Of a DNA stretch of 64,000 nt, positions 54,175 through 64,000 are shown in pieces. Where the stretch lies: positions 85,622,001-85,686,000 of the forward strand of contig OZ024746.1 in NCBI GenBank assembly GCA_964016885.1. The letters are read 5' to 3'. Positions within the stretch are counted from its first letter, which is position 1. Each line of letters begins with the position of its first letter. A program made the translations under genes and the position numbers. The notes under the pieces were generated by a model. That model was given only the letters and a program-made list of their open reading frames with translations, was not told where the DNA came from and did not search any database. This DNA is from Eledone cirrhosa. Taxonomy: Eukaryota.

Positions 54175-55305
54175 GTGGTGGTGTTGGTGGTGTAGCCGGT
54201 GGCGGTGGTGTAGCCGGTGGTAGTGGTGGCGGTGGTGATGCTGGTGGTGGCGGCGGCGAGGTGGTGCTGGCGGCGGTGGTGGTGCTGGTGGCACCGGTGG
54301 TGGTGCTGGCACCGGTGGTGTTGCTGGCGGCGGTGGTGTTGCTGGCGGCGGTGGTGGTGCTGGCGGCGGAGGTGATGGTGGTGGTGATGGTATGGTGGTG
54401 GCAGTTACAGTGGTGATATTGATGGTGTTAGTGGTCGTGATGATGGTATGGTGAGGATGATGGCGGAGGTGCTTGTGGTGTTTGTGGTGGTGGTGATGGG
54501 GGTGATGGTGGTGGTGGTGATAGTGATGGTATGGTGGTGGTGGTGATGGGGGTGATGGTGGTGGTGGTGATAGTGATGGTATGGTGGTGGTGGTGATGGG
54601 GGTGATGGTGGTGGTGGTGATAGTGATGGTATGGTGGTGGTGGTGATGGGGGTGATGGTGGTGGTGGTGATGGTGGTGGCGGTGGTGCATGTGGTTTTTG
54701 TAGTGGTTGTGGTGGCGGTGTTAGTGGTGGTGGTGATGAGGCTGATAGTTGTGAGGGTAGTGGTGGTGATAGTGATGGTGCTGGTGGTGGTGATGGTGAC
54801 GTTAGTGGTGGGGGTGATGGTGGTGATGGGGGTGATGGTGATGGGGGTGATGGTGGTGGTGGTGATAGTGATGGTATGGTGGTCGTAGTGATGGTGGTGA
54901 TGGGGGTGGTAGTGGTGGTAGTGATGGTGGTGTTTATGGTGGTGGTGGTAGTGATGGTGGTGTTTGTGGTGGTAGTGATGGGGGTGATGGTTGTGGTAGT
55001 GATGGTGATGATGGGGGTGATGGTTGTGATGGTGGTGTTTGTGGTGGTGGTGGTAGTGATGGTGGTGATGGGGGTGATGGTTGTGATGGTGGTGTTTGTG
55101 GTGGTGGTGGTGGTGATGGTGGTGTTTGTGGTGGTGGTGGTGGTAGTGATGGTGGTGATGGGGGTGATGGTTGTGATGGTGGTGTTTGTGGTGGTGGAGA
55201 TGGGGGTGGTGGTGGTGGTGGTAGTGATGGTGGTGATGGGGGTGATGGTTGTGATGGTGGTGTTTGTGGTGGTGGTGGTGGTGATGGTGATGGTGGCGGT
55301 AGTAG
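54175..55305. repeat. (GGT/GAT)n compound trinucleotide array
   Basis: Direct reading; contains local 36-bp and longer sub-periods. Confidence 0.9.
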
Positions 55306-55386
55306 TTGGTAGCGTGGGATGGTTTGTTTCAAAAACTGAATATTGATCGAGACACTGTCGTCTCGTGCCCCACTCCCACGAAACCA

Positions 55387-55419
<33 letters not shown>

Positions 55420-55496
55420 TCACTCTCTCCCTCTCTTTCTCTCTCTCTCTTTCTCTTTCACCCTCTCTCTCTCTCTTTCTCTTTCTCCCCCCTCCA

Positions 55497-55527
<31 letters not shown>

Positions 55528-55988
55528 TTCCCTTTCACTCTCTCTCTCCCTCTAATTCTCCCCCCCCCCTCACTCTCACTGTGGCGAATGTGGTGTAGTG
55601 GTGGTAACCACGACGACGATGATGACGATGATGACGATGATGATGATGTTTTTGTTGTTGTTAATGTTGCTCGCTCTCATTAACAACATTGCCGTTGTGG
55701 TGGGAAATAGAGCGGCTGTTCTAACACCAGAACTTGTAATCCTACTGGTAATGATGATGATGATGATGATAGTGATGATAATGTTGTTGATGGTTGTGAT
55801 GGTTGTGATGGTGTGGGCGGCGATGGCGATAGTGATGATAATGTTGATGGTGGTGATGGTGTGGGCGGCGATGGCGATAGTGATGATAATGTTGATGGTG
55901 GTGATGGTGCAGGTGACGATGGCGATAGTGATGATAATGTTGATGGTATTGTGTTTGTGATGGTGATCGTTATGGTGGTGATAACAAT

Positions 55989-56155
55989 GGTTTCTTATAT
56001 AGGCACAAGGCCAGCAATTTTGGGGGAGGGGGAAAGTCGATTAAATCGACCCCAGTGCGTGACTGGTACTTTATTTTATCGACCTCGTAAGGATGAAAAG
56101 CAAAGTTAACCTTGGCGGGATTTGAACTCAGATCATAAAGGGCTGTAACTCTATG
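55989..56155 (-). mobile_element. Nin/Deu-core SINE
   Basis: Reverse-complement core CTGGTACTTTATTTTATCGACCTCGTAAGGATGAAAAG. Confidence 0.8.
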
Positions 56156-56744
56156 CTGGAAATGGTGATGGTGGTAGTGTTGATGATGGTGAGGATTACG
56201 GTCTGATCAAGTGGGAATAAGATGGACCTCCGTCACTTTCAACGGAACAGCCTGCTCAGGAAATGAACGCATAAGTGGCTGAGCATTTCATAGACATGTG
56301 TACTCAGAACGTAATTCTAAAGGAGATTCAGCGTAACACGATGTGTGATCAGGTTGGCCCATTGAATTACAGGTACAGTCAACCGGAGGCGGGGGTGGTG
56401 GAAATATTTCTGAATTGAAGGCGGGGGGGGGGGGTAAATTTGGACAATTTAGTTGTAGTGATTAGTTTAGCTCTTTGCATTCTAAAATGGTCAGAAAACT
56501 TCGATATCCGATAAACATAACATCTACATATATTGTAGCGCATATCCAAATAGATATGTGTTTTGGTAGTTTGGGGAGGAAATATAATTATTGGAGGAGG
56601 TGGCATGCCCCACCCCCCATCCAGTTTCATTGCCACTGTATATATATAATTTAAAAAATTATGCTGTGCCCTTTCCTAAGGGGTTAATATATCGAGTTTC
56701 TTCGCATTTGGTAAGAAACTGGTATCATACCGAATTTATTCATC

Positions 56745-56808
<64 letters not shown>

Positions 56809-56998
56809 TCATTTATTATGGCTATTGATGAACTGTGTTACTCTAAAGTTTCACCTGCGCACTCACAGGATCACCAGTCTTGTCTGGCGAGTACGCAGGT
56901 GAGACTCTTGAGTAACAAAGCTTAGCCATAATAAATGAATATTTAAACTCTACTTCGGTATTGATTTTTCATTCTTACGTCTGTCAATAATTCACGTA

Positions 56999-57228
56999 CT
57001 CTCAGGTCTTGAATAATCGTCCCCACCCCCCGTTTATTAATTTGTCAGATATTTTCTAATTTCCCCACCCATCTAATAATTATTTTATTTTACATAAAAA
57101 AACATTATATATGACAAAAGAAGAACGTTACAAGAAATCCCATATTTAAGAAACATACACTATACAATTACTGATTTCTCAAGCCCCCCACCCCATTATT
57201 GCCACTCTTATTATTTGGGACCTGAGAG
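56999..57228. mobile_element. MITE with short TIRs
   Basis: CTCTCAGGTCTTGAATAAT / ATTATTTGGGACCTGAGAG; TA on the left, TG on the right. Confidence 0.55.
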
Positions 57229-57234
57229 TGGCAC

Positions 57235-57838
57235 CAAACTCTCCTCTCTTTTAATCACCCTCTCTGTATCTACTAAAACTAAACTCTACCCCTCTCTATA
57301 TCAATTACCACCAAACTCTCCCCCTCTCTATATCTACTACATGGAACTCTCTTCTAAACCCTCACTCTATAACAATTAACACCTAACTCTTCCTCTCTCA
57401 ATATCTACTATACGGAACTCTCCCCCTCTCTACATCACCCATACAACATACTCTCCCAGTCCTTCTCTCTATATCAATTAACACCAAACTCTTCCCCTCT
57501 ATATATCTACTACACGGAACTCTTTTCCAGTCCTCCTCTCTATACGAAGTAACATCAAACTCTCCCCCTCTCGATATCTACTACAGAGAACTCTCTCCCA
57601 ATCCCCCTTTCTATATTAATTAGCACCCCGCTCTATATGTACTACACAGAGCTCTCTTCCAACACCTCTCTCTATATCAATAAACATCAATTTCTCCTTC
57701 TCTTTATATCTAATATACAACATTCTCTCCCAATCCACCTCTTTATATCAATTATCACCAAGCAATCCCCCTCTCTATATCTACCATACAATTCCCTCTC
57801 ATCCCCTCTCACTCTATTCATCATTACCAAACTCCTTT
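57235..57838. repeat. Degenerate pyrimidine-rich tandem repeat
   Basis: Alternating TATCAATTAACACCAAACTCT and TATATCTACTACACGGAACTCT modules. Confidence 0.75.
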
Positions 57839-58026
57839 TGAGAAGGTCCAGGGGTCACTTGGGGCCTAAGGGGGTGGTGGGGATGGCAGAGATGATATAA
57901 TATTATATTAAATATCAAATGATACATATACATAAATATAGTAAAATAAAAAATATATAATATTTACTTATACATAGTATATATTATATATAAATTTATA
58001 TCTATTATATATAAATTAACTTTTTG

Positions 58027-58260
58027 ATCTGAGTTCAAATCCCGCCGAGGTCAACTTTGCCTTTCATCTTTACGGGGGATCGATAAAATAAAGTACCAGT
58101 AACGTACTGGAGTCGATTTAATCGACTTCCCCCGCAAAAAAAATTACTGGCCTTGTGCCTATACTAGAAATCATTATATATAAATCATTATATATAAATT
58201 AAAGTACCAGTAATACACTGTGTAATTGCTGGCCTTGTGCCAAAAGTAGAAACAATTATA
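58027..58260 (+). mobile_element. Nin/Deu-core SINE with duplicated 3' tail
   Basis: Core at 58030-58100; AAAGTACCAGTAA...CTGGCCTTGTGCC repeated at 58201-58255. Confidence 0.75.
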
Positions 58261-58726
58261 TATAAATTAACGATTTTATTTATTATATATTATTTACAAT
58301 TTACGTGTGGGCAGGTCTCTCTGGAAATGGTGGTGGTGGTGGTGGTGGTGGTGGTGGTGCTGAGGGTATTACGTGGCCATGAGGTGGGGAGGGGTAGTAA
58401 CCCCCCCCCCCCCCCCCCCCAAAGTTTGAGAACCTCTGTTGTAGAGTGTAATACGTTTGTTATAACTGAAAATAAGAACATATTGACTGCTCACTCAAAT
58501 TTTGCTTTGCAACAGGTTTGATACTAATGAATTATAAAAAAATGAAATAGTCATTATATAGTTTTATATATGAGGCTTTAATGGGAATTTAGAAAGTGGA
58601 ATGTGGGATTATATCGTAGATTTATTTAGTTCAATAGTGACTGTTGAGGTTTTAGAGGAATAGAATATTTGAAAATATATCAACAGATAATTAATGGAAC
58701 GATATTTCAGAGGTGTATGTGTGTGT

Positions 58727-58847
<121 letters not shown>

Positions 58848-59370
58848 TGTATGTGTGAGTATATGTGAGTATGTTTGAGTATATCTGTGAGTATGTGTGT
58901 GTATGTGTGAGTATATGTATGTGTGAGTATATGTGAGTATGTGTGTGAGTACGTGTGTGAGTATGTGTGTGAGTATGTGTGTGAGTATGTGTGTAAGTAT
59001 GTGTGTGAGTATATGTGAGTATGTGTGAGTATATGTGTGAATATATGTGTGAGTATGTGTAAGTATGTGTGAGTATATGTGTGAGTTAATGTGTGAGTTA
59101 ATGTGAGTATGTGTGTGAGTATGTGTGTGAGTATATGTGTGAGTATGTGTGAGTATGCGTGTGAGTGTGTGTGTGAGTATGTGTGTAAGTATGTGTGTGT
59201 ATATATGTGAGCATGTGTGTGTATATCTGTATTTGAGTATGTGTGTGAGTATATGTGAGTATGTGTGAGTATATGTGTGAGTATATGTGTGAGTATGTGT
59301 GTGAGTATATGTGTGAGTATATGTGTGAGTATGTATGTGTGTATATATATATATATACACATACACACAC

Positions 59371-59437
<67 letters not shown>

Positions 59438-59532
59438 CACACACATACACATACACACATATATATACATATATACACACATACACACATATATACACAC
59501 ACATACACACTCGCACACATATATACATACAT

Positions 59533-59567
<35 letters not shown>

Positions 59568-60073
59568 CACACATACACATACACATATATATATATAAAT
59601 ACACATATATATATAATATATATATATAAATATATATATACGCACACACATACACACATATTGTCCCCCCCCCACACACATGCACACCCCCACATACACA
59701 TACACACATATTGTCACCCCCCACACACATACACACATGCACACCCCCACACACACATACCTCCCGCACACACATACCCCCACACACATACACCCCCAAA
59801 CATGCATCAATACACACACCCACACACATATTTACCCTCATGTTTAATAATAGAACGATATGCGTGTGAAATTATACTTCCTAGAGAAACTGTTCGATCT
59901 GTAATCGATATCCCATACGGCGGTCTGTTGATAGCAGATATCCCAATAGCCTCGTCACCAGCTCCTCAGCCATAACAGCAGTTGTCAGTGTACCAGATAT
60001 GGGAATCTGTAAATATCCCTTAACCAACAAACCAAGTATCGGTCGTTCTCCGACAGGTTTGCAGTCGAGCCCC

Positions 60074-60469
60074 TAGCAGCGGAGACCTCTGGTGTCCTTA
60101 GCCCTAGGGCTACCTCCCTACTTACCACCATAGGCACAGACCTGGCTACCTGTAGCAGCGGAGACCTCTGGTGTCCTTAGCCCTAGGGCTACCTCCCTAC
60201 TTACCACCATAGGCGCTGAGCTGGCTACCTGTAGCAGCGGAGACCTCTGGTGTCCTTAGCCCTAGGGCTACCTCCCTACTTACCACCATAGGCACTGAGC
60301 TGGCTAGCTGTAGCAGCGGAGACCTCTGGTATCCTTAGCCCTAGGGCTACCTCCCTACTTACCACCATAGGCACAGACCTGGCTACCTCTAGCAGCGGAG
60401 ACCTCTGGTATCCTTAGCTCTAGGGCTACCTCCCTACTTACCACCATAGGCACAGACCTGGCTAGCTGC
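60074..60469. repeat. 79-bp GC-rich minisatellite, 5 copies
   Basis: AGCAGCGGAGACC starts at 60075, 60154, 60233, 60312 and 60391. Confidence 0.95.
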
Positions 60470-60606
60470 AGGTGTGAGCCTCGCCAGATGGAATGGCTCT
60501 TCCAGCGCATCTCCCTTACAATCCTCCCCGGGGGAAACGCTTTCTCCATTCTGTCCGCCGGGGTCGTGGGGAGGCCAGCACGTGGGACCCCATTTGTTGA
60601 TAATAG

Positions 60607-61353
60607 GGAGAGATGGAGGGGGTGGGGTGAGAGAGATGGAGGGGGTGGAGGGGGTAGAGAAGGCGAGGGTGAGAGAGGTGGGAAGGGCGAGAGAGATGGA
60701 GGGGGCCGCAGAGATGGAGAGGGCGAGAGAGGTGGAGAGGAGGAGAGATATGGAGGGGGAGAGAGATGGAGAGGGGTGAGAGAGGTGGGAAGGGCGAGAG
60801 AGATGGAGAGGGCGAGAGAGGTGGGGAGGGCGAGAGAGATGGAGGGGGCGAGAGAGATGGAGGGGGGTGGCAGAGATGGAGAGGGCGAGAGAGATGGCGA
60901 GGGTGAGAGTGGTGGGAAGGGCGAGAGATTTGTGGAGAGGGCGAGAGAGATGGAGGGGGCGAGAGAGATGGGGAGGGCGAGAGAGATGTGGAGAGGGCGA
61001 GAGAGATGGAGGGGGCGAGAGAGATGGGGAGGGCGAGAGAGATGTGGAGAGGGCGAGAGAGATGTGGAGAGGGCGAGAGAGATGGAGGGGGCGAGAGAGA
61101 TGGTGAGGGCGAGAGAGATGTGGAGAGGGCGAGAGAGATGGAGGGGGCGAGAGAGATGGGAAGAGGGCGAGAGAGACGTGGAGAGGGCGAGAGAGATGGA
61201 GGGGGCGAGAGAGATGGTGAGGGCGAGAGAGATGTGGAGAGGGCGAGAGAGATGGAGAGGGCGAGAGAGATGGGAAGAGGGCGAGAGAGACGTGGAGAGG
61301 GCGAGAGAGATGGGGAGAGGGCGAGAGAGATGAAGGGGGCGAGAGAGATGGAG
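60607..61353. repeat. Purine-rich ~18-20-bp tandem repeat
   Basis: Unit approximately GGAGAGGGCGAGAGAGATG, with higher-order blocks. Confidence 0.9.
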
Positions 61354-61679
61354 GCAATCACTACTGCAGATATAACCCACCAGTGTTCTACCAATATTGG
61401 TTCTGTCCATCTCCCAATTGTCTATTTATCTATTTAATCCACTTAACTTTACAGTCCTTTCTCTAACTTCCACTTCTTTCATCCCAAACACTGCTTTCTC
61501 TTTCACACTCCGACAGACTGATAGAAAAGCCTGAAACCAACAAATCCCCAAAGATGTCAAGTGATTTAGTCTTTTATATAAAGAGATTTATAATGATATA
61601 TATATTCAGCTTATACGAAACGACACGCAAATAAAATTAAGCGACACATTGAATACTATATATATGATGTGTGTGTGTG

Positions 61680-61791
<112 letters not shown>

Positions 61792-61837
61792 TCCCGAGTT
61801 CAATCGGGAGTAGCCACAGTTAGTAATGTACTCAATA

Positions 61838-61878
<41 letters not shown>

Positions 61879-62034
61879 GTAGTAGTAGTAGTAGTATATA
61901 TAGTATAGTATAGTATAGTATAGTATATATATATATATATATATATATAAGTTTATCCCAGGTTCAATCGGGGGTAACCACAGTAAGTAAGATACTCAAT
62001 ACAAAGCAGAGTATAAATATTTAATATAGAAAAG

Positions 62035-62099
<65 letters not shown>

Positions 62100-63246
62100 A
62101 AGATGGTCTCTCCTGTCGATATCGATATATAAGTGTCCACCAGCTTTAGTTTAGTTCTAATTACTCCGTCTTGTTTTTTTTTAATTTAACTAATAATTGT
62201 GTTCACCCTATTTACTATAGATTGTTTATTTACTATAAGAATAAATATAGATTGTTTGTTTAATATAAGAGTAAATATAGTGCAGTGTCGTTCAATATTT
62301 AATTTAGGAAGAAAAGCTGAGCTAATACTATAAAGCGGCAAAATGGCGGATGGTTTCATCCGATTTTCTCCATAACGCTTCATATATTGAAAATGAATTT
62401 TGTTGCTTGGAAACTGAATCTGCAACTGAGAATAGCCAATTAATTTTTATAATTATGGTGATTTACTAAATTTATTTTTGGAGGGCATTCATTCCATGAT
62501 AATAAATATTGATAAACCTCTCGAAAATAATTAACGTCTTGTCTTGTACACATAACTGGAATATTATTCTTCATTAGCTTCACTTGTTGCAATAAAATTA
62601 CTTGACTATAGCTGACAGACACAATAGACTTTTACAATATTATATAACGATTATTTGACACCAAGATGTAATATTAATTAGAAAATAGCCAGATTCCCCA
62701 ATTTTGTAAACTTCATTCGCTATGCAAGCTCTTCAGAATCGCTATACGTCTGTTTTACAGTAATGTTAAAAAGCTCTTCACTTACCTTACATGAAACTAT
62801 ATCCTCATTTTTGCTATTGAATGATAACTTTAACTTTGAACAAGTTTATAAAGTTCTTTCAGTCTCCACTGCATCTTGCATCATATTCGGATTGCAATTG
62901 GTTTCTTTGCATCTCGTAATATTTTCTCTTTAAATATGTACATTAAAGAAAGCGATCTTTTATGTATAGGGCAGCGTTCTTCGTGGTGCAGATTATTACA
63001 CCGGGTCTCGTACTTATCGACTTTAGAACGACCAAAGATGAAAACAACTTGGGTGGCATTTGAACTGAAAATGTAAAAAAATGTTAGAACCAAATATATC
63101 AATGTTTTGTATTTCATTCAACTGCAACTGGCATCTAACTATTCACACACACACACACATACGCCCCCCTCCCAACACGCGCGCGCACGCACACACACAC
63201 GCATAAACACACAGATACACACACATAAACACATACACACACATTT

Positions 63247-63278
<32 letters not shown>

Positions 63279-63358
63279 TGTTATACTAAGGGAGAGTCAT
63301 ACAGCCAATAAATACAAAAACGAAGTAAACAGATAAATAAATAAATATATAAATATTG

Positions 63359-63455
<97 letters not shown>

Positions 63456-64000
63456 GCATATATATATATATGTATATATTCATTTACTCTTTTACTATTT
63501 TCAGTTATTGGACTGTGGCTATGTTGTGACATCGTCTTTAAGGCTATAATCAATTATATATTGACCCAATACATGACTGGTACTTATCGTATTGATCTCG
63601 AAAGAATGAAAGGCAAAGTCGATTAGATAAAAGGATGTAACCAAATATGACGAAGTATTTTGTCTGACGCTCTACTGATTTTACCATCCTTTACCTTTTC
63701 AGGAAGCCTACAGATTTACTGGTTGGACATAAACTACGAAATAACAACTTACTGCAGTAAAGCAGACATGAGAAAAAGTTGTGATGAAGTGAAGGCTTTG
63801 TTCTAGCTTCACCTTCCCAAGGGATTGGAGGAAACACGGTGACTTGGTGCATTCGGCGCCTAACCCAGGCTTCGTGTCACGTCAGTCGGAAGAGGGGAAA
63901 ATGCTAAATTATCGGTCGCTCTCCGATAGTTTTGTAGTCGAACCTGTAACAGCGGAGCCTTCCGGCGTTCTTGATCCTTGGACCACCTCCCTACTCACGA

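Noticed and set aside
52643-55960. His-, Cys/Val-, Thr- and Pro-rich ORFs
   Set aside because: Products of CA/TG and GGT/GAT repeats with no splice or domain evidence.
60355-61437. Long Ser/Pro- or Arg/Glu-rich ORFs
   Set aside because: Translations of a purine-rich tandem repeat, open on both strands.

Overview
AT-rich, microsatellite-saturated animal genomic DNA; the SINE repertoire suggests an octopod cephalopod (inferred, not searched). The only host gene I can support is the last two coding exons of MED21 (4-104 and 1790-1957, + strand). The remaining ~60 kb is repeats: Nin/Deu-core and other SINEs, RTE, R4/Dong-like, BEL/Pao and Penelope remnants, MITEs, a Helitron end and several minisatellites. 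Nearly all ORFs in the track are translated microsatellites. The main hidden signal is 16 type I hammerhead ribozyme (HHR) motifs, read by eye, in about 9 unrelated short elements. Most sit in (TA)n tracts and many form long fold-backs. One family lies directly downstream of a Penelope-type GIY-YIG endonuclease remnant. Two families carry a compensatory U3-A8 core and two carry a U4C core with a long stem II insert. One element is a 317-nt circularly permuted monomer that looks like a retrozyme or circular-RNA footprint. All RNA structures were paired by hand; none was computed or tested.
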